A stretch of 64,000 nucleotides of DNA from Haliotis rubra (lineage: Eukaryota): positions 5,642,001 through 5,706,000 of the forward strand of contig NW_025766968.1 of the NCBI RefSeq assembly GCF_003918875.1, written 5' to 3'. Position 1 is the stretch's first letter. Each line of letters begins with the position of its first letter. Positions 50,446 to 64,000 of this stretch are shown one piece after another. The notes under the pieces were generated by a model that did not search any database, had not been told where the DNA came from, and worked only from the letters and a program-made list of their open reading frames with translations. Position numbers and translations under genes: made by a program.

Positions 50446-53400
50446 GTCAAATAGTTAATTTTGTACATGGGTGCATGTGGAGAAAATGGCAGTTACTGGT
50501 CCTGTTGATGCCTCAGTAACTTGTTATGGTCATTCCATTTTTCCAAACTGCTAGGGACAACTCCTTTCCCTCTTGCCCCACCCTGGCAGTGACAAGGAGC
50601 TTGTGAGTAACGGTGCATCAGGCTTGTGGGTGTGAGCAAACATTGTCCGCCCACTCAAAGCTGAACGGCCTCTGTACATGAGCTCGGCCCCCAAAAAGTA
50701 AATATCCACTGTGAACTTGCGGGTTTAATTCTCTCCAGCTTTGGTTTGAATTATTATGTCATGTTGGGGCAAAATGGATCATTAGCTTAAAAGAAAATGT
50801 CACGGAAACTGGCAGATGTGCACTCACCAGTAACTGGGATGAAAGGCCTGAATTTTCCTTGGGATGCATTGAATTTTCCTTGGGATGCAACTCATTTGCA
50901 TCTTTTCCAGTATATTAACTTGTTTGACAGAAATTTTGTTTTGACTGTTGTTCTAAATTGAAAAATTAAATTGAGTTACAAAACCAGTTCAGAGGGAGCA
51001 CAAGTGTGAATCATTGAAGTTTTTATACCATTTCATCAGGAACAGTTAAAAAATGTAGACATTTTCCAATCAAGAAGCGTTTGTGTTTTAAGCTGGCTAA
51101 GAGCTGATTTATTATTCATTAGGACTCAATTGTCTGTGTTGTATATACAACATCACATGATGCAGCTGTTCATTGGAGCTGTAAACCTGCCCAGAATATA
51201 ATGACAGGGGCCCTAAGGAATTGAAATTACGTTGAGGTAGTAGGACAATGGCATTGCAGTAGTGTTACCGGTACATGTGGCTTTCTAAAGCTCCCACCCT
51301 CCCCCATTTTACACCTGATACAAATGTTACCACTGTAACCAGATGTAGGTTTGATTACCCTGAGCTAGGTGGTGAAAGGTATTTCATTGCCAAGGGGTAT
51401 TCTTTAGGGGGAGATTGGTATTGGGGCCAACATTGATGGCCAGCGATGCGGAACACTGGTGGTCACCAGTTTAGCAGCCAGGAGTTGCTCAGATGTTGAT
51501 AGGATAGCAAAAATGTTTGTGTCAAAAGTTCAAAAAGCTGGGTGTTTTTATTCAAGGGGTGCAAAGTTGAAAAACATCATGGTTATGATGCTGGATCAAA
51601 TTGTATGGGGATTACTTTTCAGTGTTAATTACACATAATACTAGTATGTACCAAACAGTTGCTGTAGTTTCATGGAATCATAATTTTGTGTAAAAAGAAA
51701 CAATGCAGTTTTGAAAACAGGTGAAATCGGAACCATGCCATTATTCTCATTAATAGGCCCAATCTGTCTGAGGCAGTTGTTGTGAAAATAGTATGACTGA
51801 TTGTGCTGTACTGTTGTGAGAGATAAAATCATTTTTTGTGAGATGACATAATTCGAAATACGGTGCAACGTTAAATAAATAGTATATGTTTTGCCAAATT
51901 TCTTATCAGAAAACGTCAGCATAGAATTAGACGGTAGGGGTGTGTATCTGATGTATGAGATGTTGCATTCCCAGAGCAAGAGTTAGTTGTGTGTGTGCCG
52001 AGCGCAGGTGCAGACCATGCGTTTACACCGTGGTGCGAGTGTGCCTGTGGTGTGCGTGTGTGTATGTTGGACTATGCAGTCTCATAGCAAACAAAGTGTG
52101 CATCTAGGGTGGCTGTGATTCCTACACCCAAAACTGAACATCTCCCTACAAGCAAGGTTTACCCCGACTCACAAACATGGGGGTCCGGGGGGACCCCTAA
52201 TTATAAGTTTTAGGGGTCCTGTGAAGTGACAGTGTTGAGAACTGTACGTTTCGATCATTTCTTCAGAGCCTGGAATGAATCATTGATCATATGGACTGGT
52301 GGATGAAATGATGCATGTAACTGTTCTGATAGAAACAACCAAACACTTTACAAAGTCAAAGATATGTTGTGGGTACACTGAATAATATTGTGCATCCCTC
52401 AGGACGCGGTGAATGTTTTTTCTGCATCCATTCTCTACATTTGTGCGTACTGGACACACATTTGTGTGTCGTGTAAAACCCTGCTACAAGCATGTCATAA
52501 GCAAAAGCTCCACTTTGTTGTAAGTTCGTCGACATCCCTGTAATCCCTGTCTAAGTGTGAACATCATGTTGTCACAGATTAACTTCAGGGTCAAGTTCAC
52601 ATTCTCAAAGTGATGCTAATGGTGTGCTAAGTTCGTCTCTAAAGAGTTTAACATGACCAAATGGTAATGGTCACTTGACAATGAAAAGAATGATTATATG
52701 TATAAGAATTTTATTCAGTATATGTTACTTATTTCCTAGAATGTCTGTGGGACCTCCTGTAAGGTTTGGTTTTGTGTGTGTCTTAAAGATTTTTGATGGG
52801 ATAATCTAGACTATTGGTATTCCTGCTATAACTTTTAATCTTTTCCTCCTCTCTCATGTGGCAATACTAGACTGGCCCTTTGTATCAGAAATAAAGATAT
52901 TCTTTTTGAAAAAATACCCACAGAAATACATCAAATTTAAATTCAGTCTGGAACCGGTGTTTCATTTGAAGTTAATTAATGATGTAATCAGGACTTGCCC
53001 AGTCTTAAGTTGGATTCCCTTCTGATATATTCCTAAGGGACTGGGAGACAGTCTTATTGAGCACCTGAACCAATTATGGTTTGATTGTGTTATATTATAT
53101 TCAGTCACACTTGGAGTTAGTCTTGCTGTTCTAATTTCGTATAGTGATCTTTTGCACTGAATCTGACACAACTAGAAGTTCCTGATTCTCAAATTTAACA
53201 TGTTGGGCACGGTGACATTGACCTCAGATAATCTCCAACATGGAGAGTTTTAATTGGTGTGTAGTATCTTGTCTAAATCAGACATTCTGTTACCATGGAA
53301 ACTTGGGATTGTGTCCAGAAACAAACAGTGATAGCAAAACTGGCTGTTTAATCAGAAATCTACAACTATTCCTACTTTGTGCAACAGATGGACTTTCAGG

Positions 53401-54364
53401 CTGTGAAAGCTGTCAACAGATGCTTTGTTGTGGTGATGGGTCTATATTGGGAGCTCTCTGCAAGCCTCAGCCACAGTTGTGCTTTATTGGCAATATCGCT
53501 CATGTGCTATGAGTGTATATGATACTCCTTGAGCTTGTTCAGTAAAGCATGCAAACAATGTGAAGACCTAGCATCCATGTGATAAACATGGTTCAATCAG
53601 AGAAACATCCTGGCTTATTACATGGCAGATATATTAAACCACAAACCTACACTTGCACAAATGATTTCATCACTTATTCATTTACATGAAAATAGTAAAC
53701 CCATATGTTATTTTTAATATTTATTTTCAATCCTGAGATGTCATTGTGGGTATTTTGAAAGAAAAGATGTTGATATTTATTAGCAGGAAACAAGTATTAG
53801 TTCATTGTTGCTGAAGTAAGAAACTGATTGAGTGTTAAGAAATACAGCATTTATTTCTTGTCAGCTATTTGATATTTTTTGTTTGAGAGGCATTTCTTGT
53901 TTGAAGGGCATTTTAGAAGTTGAGACTTATTAATTGACTGAATTACACCTCTTTGTTCAATGCCTCAAGGCTGTAACGTTGTCAAGCAAGAGTGAAGATG
54001 TTTCGCTTCGAGCTGAAGGTCTAACCTGACTGAATTACAGAACAAGTGTTTGATAGAACAAGTGTTTGATTGCTCTCTTATACAATTACACACAAACCAG
54101 GAAGATGTTATGTAATATGCCCTCTGCAGCTGTTGGAGATTTCATGCTTGATTACAGGTGTGTATTTTCCCTACAGCAATTGTTAATCAGTGGGTGGTTT
54201 TCCTGTCGACAAGGGTTGTGTTGAGGAGGTATTAACTGGATCAAGTTTTTAGTGATTCATTCAGTTTCCATTTACGAAGTGCAATGTTTGTATGATAAAT
54301 GAAACTGGGAACAATGAGGAAACATCTTGTGTGTGTGAAACTTTATATCTCCTATTGGCTAGAG

Positions 54365-54577
54365 TGCACTTTACCGGGCGCAGTCCTCGCTGCTCCCTTT
54401 ACGATCCTTAGGGTTAGGGTAGGGGGTATGCCACCCTTTACGATCCTTAGGGTTAGGGTTAGGCACCCTTTACGATCCTTAGGGTTAGGGTTAGGCACCC
54501 TTTACGATCCTTAGGGTTAGGGTTAGGGAACCCCAGCAGCGCTAATTAATCTGAAAAAGTGCGCCCAGTAAAGTGCA
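54365..54577. mobile_element. TIR element containing telomeric TTAGGG in a 32-bp tandem unit
   Basis: 18-bp TIR tgcactttac(c/t)gggcgca; three exact 32-bp units at 54432, 54464 and 54496 plus one partial unit. Confidence 0.8.
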
Positions 54578-55009
54578 GTACTTCCCTCCTACTTACACTG
54601 GAGTTTCACTTTTCATGAAGGAATTCTGTCATGCTCAAACAGATGGTTCAGGCAGTAACAATATTTATGTCTCCAATATACAATTAGTGGTGTTTTCATC
54701 ATGTTGAATATACTTACACAGCTTAAATTTGAGGAAACTTGTTGACTGGATAAACTGTTTCAGGGTCATGATTAAGTTGACTGCATGCTAAGAAGGGTTA
54801 CTATTGTCAGAGATTCAGAATGAGTGAAAATAGGAATATAATTTACATAAAAGTTAGCAAGCGTGAAAAGTGTATTTTTTTAAAGTAACACATTAACCAA
54901 ATAAAATAAAACATGTCTTTTGTTTAAAGTATATTTATTTCAAAGCAAATCTTTTGAAAATTAAAACTGTAATTTATCCTTGCAGCTTTATGTAGTTCTT
55001 TTGTTGTAT

Positions 55010-55171
55010 GGAGTGGTGGGGTAGTCTTTGGGTTAAAGTGTTTGCTCGTCACGCTGAAGACCCGAGTATGATTCCCCACATGGGTACAATGTGTGAAGAC
55101 CATTTCATGTGTCCCCTGCCGTGATATTGCTAGAATATTGCTAAAAGGTGCGTAAAACCAAAGTCACTTAC
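55010..55171 (+). mobile_element. SINE family B
   Basis: Family match; near-perfect TSD tcttt(t/c)gttgta. Confidence 0.85.
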
Positions 55172-57626
55172 TCTTTCGTTGTAATTAATTTAGCAATTGT
55201 GAATCTGCAGATGACTGAAGCAGTTTGACCCCAGGTGTCTTAAAAACCTATACTGAAATGAAGATGTGCAAGTGTGTAGTATCTCTATGACAATCTCAGC
55301 TGAAAGCAGGACCCCAGTAAGGCCTGGTCGCTGGTCTGTTACCCTGGCGTATCAGGTAATCGATGCAGGGAGCTTGCATTTGTAGATGTACTGGCGTGTC
55401 ATTCAATACAGAAGGTATACAGGGCTCCTATTGTTCCATTAAAACACAAACTGAAAGTAAAGATGTCAAAGATACCAAGATTTCAGGTTAACTCTTACAC
55501 TGTTCAACTGGAAACAATGTGAGAAATTAAGGTTCCTGATTTTATTTATAAAGTGTTTCAGTGGGTAACATTAGCACTTGAAATACAGTCAGTTGGCAAT
55601 ATCAAAATTTACCAGCCGAACCTGATATGCTGAAACTATTAGAGATGCTAGCTGTCTTTGAAGATAAGAGTTTTCTTTGAAAACCCAGAGCCATAAACTA
55701 AACCACTAAACCAGCATTTACACAGAATCAAAAAGGACACATGTTATTATGGGTGAGTAAAAGAAACACCAGTTATGTTACTATGGGTTTTAAATACTGT
55801 ACTTTACAAGATTTCCACCCTGGTCACCATGACATCGTTGCCATATAGCTGGACTATTGCTGAGTGGCGTTAAACATCTAACACAGTAAAATACAAAAAT
55901 AAGAAATTAAGTGTTAATACTGGTAAGAAAGAGAAGACAATGGTCAACAGGTATTGTTTTCTAATTAAGTGACATTTTGTTTCAACTCTCTGCCCCAAAT
56001 TCACTGGGTCATTGTTTTAATAAGTCATAGCCTCTGAGATGAACTGGCATTTGCCAATGTGGAATATTAATCATTTATGAAATTACTTCTGATTGGTAGT
56101 CGTCCAATTTTGAGCATGTCTTCCCAAGGGAAGTAGGTCATTTATAATTGATGCCATTTTCTTCTAAGTGTTGGTGATGCTGACTGATTATTTTTGCGTG
56201 GAGTTTATCATTGGCCCGTCTACCTCTGACAGACTCACATTATTGATTTTGTGGAGAATTATACAAGCACCTGTCAAAAATGCCTGTCTGCAAAGATAAC
56301 TTTTTCCTCAAATGGTTCTTTTTGTTTAGAGAATTAGATTAAAGGGAAGTGTATATTTGTTTGATTCCCAATTCAGCCTTGAATCAGACAGATGAAACTG
56401 CCAGTGGAGTCTGCATGATTGGGTTTACAAGATGTGAAGAAAATATGCAAACAGAAAAAAACAATGTTATTACTTTTATGAAGCTTTTGTAGACTAGAAA
56501 ACTTTTTTCATGCATGTGTTGCAATAACCAGAAAAGTATTCATGGTTTTTCACAGGTTACAAGGTGGAAGGCCAAGCAGATATGCATTTGCCTTGGAATT
56601 TGCCTCCCGATATTTGCAGGATTATTGTATTATCATATCTTGCCTCTTTGAAAATTGAGAAATGGGACCTTCATTAACACGACACACCTACTGATCTCTG
56701 AGCTCAAGTGGGAGAGAAAAGTGATATTTCAGGTGTTAATATGCCTGCTGCATGCAATGTTTCACAAAGTCTGATTTACTGTCACACCCTTGTATGCAGC
56801 TGGGGATTTTTTGGGTGTTCTTGTGGTCGAAAATATGTTATACAAAAGAAAATAGGACTATAACATTATGTAACTTTAGCTCTAAGTATGGGATGCTTAT
56901 GTCACAGATTGGTCTAGCAGCTGGCCAAGGAATGTGCTTAGAATATGGCAATTACGGTAGCACTTTGTTTTGGAGTCCACCATCATGGTAAGGCTGCTAA
57001 AAATACCTAAAGTGTAGTCAAGTGTGTTAAGACAAACCCTAGGTGAGGCTTTCTAAAGGAAGTCACACATCTCCAGATGATGATTTAAGCCATGGAATAT
57101 GTACTTGTATGTTAACATTCAATTTGGCATTCGATATATTTTCATTCTAATGGGTCTAGCCTGTTGGGTATTTTGAAACCAGTGAGTGACCCTTTTAAAA
57201 ATATACTGGGTGACGTTTAATGTGCATCTTGATGTATGGTTGTTTGATGTATAGATCACGACCACATCACAGTAGTCAGTGTGAGGGTTGCAGGAGACTC
57301 CTTGACCAGGCCTGACCTGGACATGATAGGAGCTGTATATCCAATCACACTGCCTCGTTAACCCAAGTCTCACTGGCCGTTCAAACCTTGTACATGGTTT
57401 TCAGGGGACATTCATCTCACTGACATTAATTGCCCCTGGGTTTTAACATGTACTGTTGTTGATAATGACTAGGACTAACAGGAAGGATTTAGATTGCCCT
57501 GTCTGTCTTTAGCAGTGGAGATTACTCTGTAGATTTGATGAGCATTTCCAGTGAATACATGAACAATACTATCGTGACTCTGGCTTACTCAGTGCAACAT
57601 TATACAGAAGTTCTGTAAAACAATCA

Positions 57627-57800
57627 CAGGGATTGGGATAGAGAACTTTGACAATAGGCCATTTTCAGGATTATTAGCCATTTTTTGAATTTAGAATTGG
57701 CCCCTGCCCTTGTATTAATAGTAAACTTCAAAATTTTAATGGGCCATTTATTATTCTAATGTGCAAAATGGCCCATGGCCCGTGCCTTCCCTAATCCCTG
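57627..57800. mobile_element. Short CAG..CTG MITE with 6-bp flanking duplication
   Basis: TIR cagggatt(g/a)ggga; caatca on both sides. Confidence 0.6.
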
Positions 57801-57979
57801 CAATCATTTCTGCCCATGTTTAACTGTGTCATGGTGTGTGTTATTTTCATAATTTTAGTTGTGCTGCCAGGGCACATGAAAGTATTTCATCTGTAAATAT
57901 TTCAATATTTACCATGCCATGGCACAAAAATTAACCACTATTTTGATCCCTGGTTATATTTGAAAAGTTTGATACTATC

Positions 57980-58380
57980 AGAGGTGAATCCAAGATTTGG
58001 AAAATGGGGAGTCCACATCTTCGCATTTGGTGCAGTAATTTGGCCAAGGGAGCAGCTAATATGTAATATGTCTGTGTTTACACCCTCTGCACCCACCTTC
58101 TAGATCCTCCAGTTTGCAATGCTTCATGTGTAGACTTTGGACTTTATGTCATAGTGGCTTAGTATAATGTTCTTTCAGGAGTGAATCCAGGACTTAAAAA
58201 AATGTGAGGAGTGCACTTATTAGTATGTGGTAAAGTAATTTCCCCAAGAGAACATGTAATATGTAATATGTCTGAAAAAGGTGTGTGGACACCCTCTGCA
58301 CCTCCCTTTTGATCCTCCAATTTGTATTAAAAACTGAAAAATGCTTCATGCGTAGACTTTGGACTTTATGTCATAGTGAC
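57980..58380. repeat. Imperfect tandem duplication of about 200 bp
   Basis: gtgaatcca, taatatgtaatatgtctg, acaccctctgcacc and tagactttggactttatgtcatagtg each occur twice in the same order. Confidence 0.8.
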
Positions 58381-59249
58381 TCGTTATGTCCTTTCATTAC
58401 TCATTGCATGAAAACACATTAATATTCTCCTGATGAGGTTGATGACATGTCCATGCTTTAGTCATGCCAGTCATGGAGAAGGACATAGATATTCATTAGA
58501 ATACACCAGCTGGTGTCTCTGTGCATTATCATAATGTACCTTTCTGCATCGGATGGGTGGAGTCAACTTTGAGATCCACCAGGATTCTGTAATTAAATCT
58601 AATCTAACTGCTGCAGCTGTATATTGTCACAATAAACTCATTTTCATACAAGGAATGAGATTTTACGAAATTTCAAGTCATTAAAACAGACACACCATAG
58701 TCTTTGACCATACTCTTTCTTGAAATACACAGACAATTAGAAAGCAGTTAAGATTGATTTCTCATTGAATAAACCTGTTAAAGCAAACCTATCATGACCA
58801 GTCACCAGTGATGTAACTCCAACCATCCACAACACTGCTTGAGAAGATTTCATGGTTACATGGCTCTTTACCATATCTATACCAGCACACTATGGAGTGA
58901 ACTTATCGGTCGAAGGGAGAGAGGTGCAGATATCACTAATGAAATTGAACCTTGTGCACCTATAATCTCATTAATAAGGTTAATTATCAATTATCACCCT
59001 GTTTTATGTTTGCAAAATATCAGGGCGAGCAGGTGTCTTATTATTGGAAATCAGTATAAAATGGGCAGTTTCCTCTATGTGAGTTTTGCATATTTCTTGA
59101 CCCTGCAACCCTCAACACTTTCATAGGATTGTCTTTATGGAGGAGATATTTGAAGTGAAGCCAATTCTTGGTGCCCAGCACCCCTTGACCCTTGCTCTGG
59201 TAGTAAACGGTGTGCAAGGATGAAGGTTTTTCTAGTTTTTTTACCTTTT

Positions 59250-59405
59250 GGTGGGTTAGCTTAGTGGTTAGAGTGCTTGCTTGTCACGTCAATGGCTCTG
59301 GTTTGATTTCCTACTTTAGAACATAGTGGACCCCATTTCTAATGTCTCCTAACATAGAATTGTTGGAATAGTGCTAAAAGTGGTGTAATACCATACTCAG
59401 TCACT
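59250..59405 (+). mobile_element. SINE family B, degenerate
   Basis: Head ttagtggttagagtgc and tail gctaaaagtggtgtaataccatactca. Confidence 0.65.
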
Positions 59406-60647
59406 ACATGCCGAACATACAGCCTCTATAATTAGATTGTACGACTTCCTCAGGATGGTCATCAAGTGGTTTGATCACTGCAGTATTGTACAGGCTAGCC
59501 AGGGAGAGGTCAGAGTACACTCCCTTTGTTGGTACATCCAGTATGTGTGTCATTTAAATGAAGTAGTGTTTGAATTGAGTGTTGTGCGTGAATATCACAA
59601 ACCAGGCATGTATTTGAGTGGTACCTGCTTACAACTACTCCTGACTGCCTTTTGTGGCTTCCATAGTAGCTGTGACTTTTAATAGGTGCCGCGTCAGCTC
59701 TGCACTCAGTGTGGGCCATATCGAATTACATAATTGAAACTGTGCATTTAGGACAGGTGTCGCCATGTTTATGATGAATAGTGGCCATGTTGATTTTCCC
59801 AATTTGGTTGGCTCATGGTAAACAGATGCAGTTATGGTTTATGACTAATGGAGCACTTGAGTGACAATAGAAAAAACAATTTGCTCAAGAACATGTTTAC
59901 AATGATAACAGTCTCCCTGTGTTCAGCAACAGTTTGCAGTGTTGAGGACCTTACACTAAAGGCAGCTAATACTATAAGCATGAAGCATTTGACAGTGATG
60001 AAACACTTGTGCTTCTTTTCCAGCTCTGTGCTGTTCATTGTTATGTAAACCATTTATATTTACATACAGTTTGCTATGAAGTCAGCTTTATAGGAAGCCA
60101 ATATATTAAGCATTGTACATGTTGCAATGGTAAAACATTTAAGTTCGATTTTTCATTTAAGCTTCTGGTTTTGAAATCATATTTTATTATTTTATGCCAA
60201 CTTTAAGGAAGGACACATTGCAAGAAGTGTTCATGGGCATTGCATAAGGTACCATGTCTCTATGTCCATAAACGTGTATCAGAATATAATAGCAAATACA
60301 GCTGAAACTACCAAATACGCTGCCATGGTGAAACAGTAGATATTCTGTTCCAAAGGTCTTATGCATTATGCATTATGTACTCCTGTACAGGTACAGTAGG
60401 TGACAGGTCTCACAGCAGGTGACACACAGGTGAACTTGAATATACCTTAACAAACAGTAGCTGTGTAAGTAATGCCAAGTAGTAATACTTGTACCAAAGT
60501 ACTGTAAACTCTGCTTGTAACAACCATGTAACAAACCAGCAGATACAACAGATTGTTCTATTTCCTTAGTAACTTGCTGTAAATTGTAGTCACATATAAT
60601 GAACCATGGTTATAAAACTGAACTTATTGGTCCTTTGGAGCTTGTTA

Positions 60648-61140
60648 CAGAGCTCCAGATAAGATTTAGCTCATGTGGGTACTGTACCCACTGTATTTTT
60701 TTGGAGTGGGTATTATGAATGTTGAGTGGGTATTTCATTTTCCGTTACCCACTGCTTTCAAATATGTGCGTATTTCAGTCATTTTACTCACCTAAGTATT
60801 ATGTCATTGAGTAAGTTTACTAAGCAGGTATGTTCTACCTTATGTCATACCTAATCAAAACCAACTTAAATATAATGGAAATGATTTCATAAAAAATCAC
60901 TCATCCTATACTGACAGTACAACACTAGTCCTATACTAACAGTACAACTTGATAGCAATCGATGTCTTTTTTCATTACGCAAGCGATTTTTATAAATATA
61001 TTCCGTACGCATTTGTTTTAAACATTTTGCGTATCTAACATTTTAAATGCGTAATTGGTACGCAACAAATATTTTTCAATGCGTAATTAGAAATTTTCTA
61101 TGCGTATTTTACCCGGACACGCAGCTTATCTGGGCCTCTG
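60648..61140. mobile_element. CAG..CTG MITE with 5-bp flanking duplication
   Basis: TIR cagag..ccagataag; tgtta on both sides. Confidence 0.65.
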
Positions 61141-61154
61141 TGTTATATGCATAG

Positions 61155-61319
61155 GGACAGCGGGGTAGCCTAGTGGTTAAACATTTGTGAAAGTGTTCTC
61201 TCGTCCCGGGTTCGATTCCCTACATGGTACAATATGTGAAGCCCATTTCTGGTGTCCCCCGACCATGATATTGCTGGAATATTGATAAAAGTGGCATAAA
61301 ACTAAACTTACTCACTCAC
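61155..61319 (+). mobile_element. SINE family B with TSD
   Basis: TSD tgttatat(g/a)catag (61141-61154 and 61320-61333). Confidence 0.85.
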
Positions 61320-62063
61320 TGTTATATACATAGTTTAATATATTGATTCATATTGTGAGTCTTGATGATGAAATACATCAGTACAAAGATGTATTGTATT
61401 CACACTAATGTGTTCTTTGTTGTCCATTTCCTCACCAGACAGGCAGTACTATAGTTAGACCCAAGCGCTACAATCTCACCAGTTTCCTTAATTATTATAA
61501 TAACTTCAGCAATTAGCACGCACCACCAACCATATCAATGTCTCTTTAAACTGTTTCGTCACATTCCATATGACCGTGGTGTTAACATCACCAACGTGTA
61601 CTTGAGGTTTAATACAGATTAAAGGCTCCTATGCTTGACATATCGTTTTGTCACAGCAGGGCAGGTAGGTTATGTAGCCATGACCCTGTCTGAATAAGAG
61701 GTCAGGAGGTCCTGGGGCAACACTAAAAGGAAAGGCCAATAGTTTATGAACTTTGGATGGGATGTGAACATGCATTTTGTATGTATAGTTAGTAATCATA
61801 TGTACTACTAAAAATTTATTAAGGAATACTTTTCTTACAGTAGATAATTTTTAATGAAATGACAAATGATCTATTGTATTATGAGAGAATCAAGGGATCC
61901 TCTTTATTTTTTAAGTAGTATATCTCCTAACTCATAAATCATTGGGACTTTAATGCTACAATTACGATCTTAATCTCGATCACCACCATCTTGAGGGTGG
62001 AACAAGGACTGCAGTTTGACTTTGTTATTATAGTAATAAGAAGTATGTTTCCTACCCTCCAAT

Positions 62064-62232
62064 GGCGGTGAGGTAGCCTAGTGCTTAAAGTGTTTGCTCT
62101 TCATGCCAAAGGCAGATTCCCCACATGGGTACAATGTGTGAAGCCCTGGTGTTTCCTGCTTTGATATTGCTGGAATATTTCTAAAAGCAGTGTAAAACAT
62201 CACTCACTCACTCTCACTCACTCACTCACTCA
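62064..62232 (+). mobile_element. SINE family B with expanded (ctca)n tail
   Basis: Family head and body with internal deletions. Confidence 0.8.
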
Positions 62233-64000
62233 CCCTCTGAACATGGCTCTTGCACATTTGACAAGCAATGTCAAGGACATGTTGTTCAGAGTGTGTGAAT
62301 TGACAAAATGTGTAGCAAACCATGACACTCAAACAGGTTACATTGATTAAAACCGTGAGCACTTCTGTACTCATCAGCAGAAAGCTTTCTGAAGTTCCTT
62401 TTCATTTATACATTCTTTTATGCATTTATGGATTGACCTGTGTTCTGACAGAGATGCTATTTTACTGGTTCAGCAACAGTAAATGAGGCTTCACTCACTG
62501 GGAATCAAACCCAAGTGTGTCCATAACAAATGACCACCTTGCTGTCCCACCAACTAGAAGTAGGTTTCCCTCTCTCTGCATCCAGCAGATACCAGCACAC
62601 TAGTACTAATGGCTGGGTTCAGTTCACATGCTTTCCACAGCCATATGACCTTGCTGCCATGCTTGCCGATAGTTGGCCACTTATCTGTAAGCAAACCAGG
62701 AAGGTTATTGAGCTAAATACCAACATCAAAGGAGAAATCTGATTAGTGAGCCTGTGAAAATGTAGGGAATCTTGTATTTTGTTGGATGTGTTGCCAGGAA
62801 ACCAGTGTTTGGTGGTTGGTCAGCCATTGTGCTTCAATTAGGTTGTGAAGCAGTGGTTCAGGAACTCCAGTATGTCTGGATTCAATGCTTTGTCAACCAT
62901 GGAACAGCTGGTATCATTGAGTTGTCAACCATTGATGGACATCAATGAATCATCAACTATTGATGGACATCAATGAATCATCAACTATTGATCATATTGG
63001 GCATATCGCGATGAATGGTAATCCTGGAATCAGTTTAGATAATTAATGAAAATCATGTATAATGAAACAGACTCATAGTCAGGTATGTTTAAGCAGATCC
63101 TACCTAGTTATGGTCCAAGCAATCTTATCCTCCTCCCCTCGTTATTGTTTTGTGTTTTCTTGAATTTAATATTTTCATGATGAGCGAATCATGTATAGAA
63201 AATAAAAGATGTACTGCTTAATGTCTTTGAGTGAGGATTTGAATCAACAGATGCTCACAAGTATATTTGGTTTTCACGATTGGAGTGAGTGTTGTTCTAC
63301 TGCAATATTCAAACAATATCATGACAGGGGACCAGACGATGGGCTTCACACATTGGACCCATGTGGCTAATCGATTCTGGGTTTTTGGGGTGACAATTTA
63401 CCCAATCGGCTACATCACCGCTCGCTCATGTTATGGAACAGACAAAAGCTTAGACCCTGAATATATATAATTTTGACAGTAACTAATAAACCCATGTAAA
63501 ATGAAAGGGAGCCCCAGTGAGATGGGAGATTCAGAACCTGAGGGAATCTAGACTTGCTTCACTTTGGGCTTTAGCATTGCAGGGAGGGCTAGGCTGTAGG
63601 GACAATAATGTGGTTGAGGTACTATGAGACACACTAGGTATGGAGGTACAGTGTCCTGTTGCCTGTGTTGTAGAACAAGGAAGGCAACATCAGCATCATC
63701 TTACAGTGTCTCCTTACTGTGTTTATCAAGCCATTACTTGAACCACTTGCCTTGGTGCCTGTCATGTGGGACTGTGATGCCCAACAACCTGATCCCCTGT
63801 AGGAGCCAGATCGCCTTTCTAATCTTACTGATGAGAGATGACAAGGAGATCTCTAGCTCATTTTTCTTCGAACATGTCAGAAATCCTCCTGACATAAACA
63901 CATCCAATGGACAGACATGTAATTGGATTACACACGGCAGCCAGAGGAGAATTGGGTTATGTATCTAAGGCGACATATTTCCATACATTAAAAGCATTGC

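Noticed and set aside
54407-54528. True telomere or chromosome fusion site
   Set aside because: Only 2-3 TTAGGG per unit, a single orientation, and enclosed by TIRs.
48632-64000. Further FERM exons or other genes
   Set aside because: No LEKDYFG-type second exon or other recognisable coding sequence seen by eye; small exons could have been missed.

Overview
AT-rich, repeat-dense animal genomic DNA. The SINE and MITE repertoire looks molluscan (gastropod or bivalve); this is an inference. Genes: (1) two intronless, secreted carboxypeptidase Q (M28 family) paralogues in convergent inverted orientation (5914-7311 + and 13281-14690 -), plus a third CPQ fragment split by a SINE (16049-16530); (2) snurportin-1 (SNUPN), 8 coding exons on + (20043-30053, possibly to 30618); (3) gluconokinase (IDNK), 5 exons on - (37307-48049); (4) the first coding exon of a FRMD3/FRMD5-like FERM gene on + (48533-48631), head-to-head with IDNK and followed by an intron that appears to run past the window end. 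The rest is three SINE families sharing a 3' tail, decayed Tc1/mariner transposases, MITEs with TA, TTAA, 5, 6, 8 and 9 bp target duplications, two satellites and a TIR element carrying TTAGGG repeats. The most striking structure is the CPQ pair. About 900 bp are nearly identical even at synonymous sites, while the signal peptides, C-termini and two short islands around the active site are deeply diverged. This points to gene conversion between old paralogues and possibly an invertible cassette. All alignments and difference counts were made by eye.
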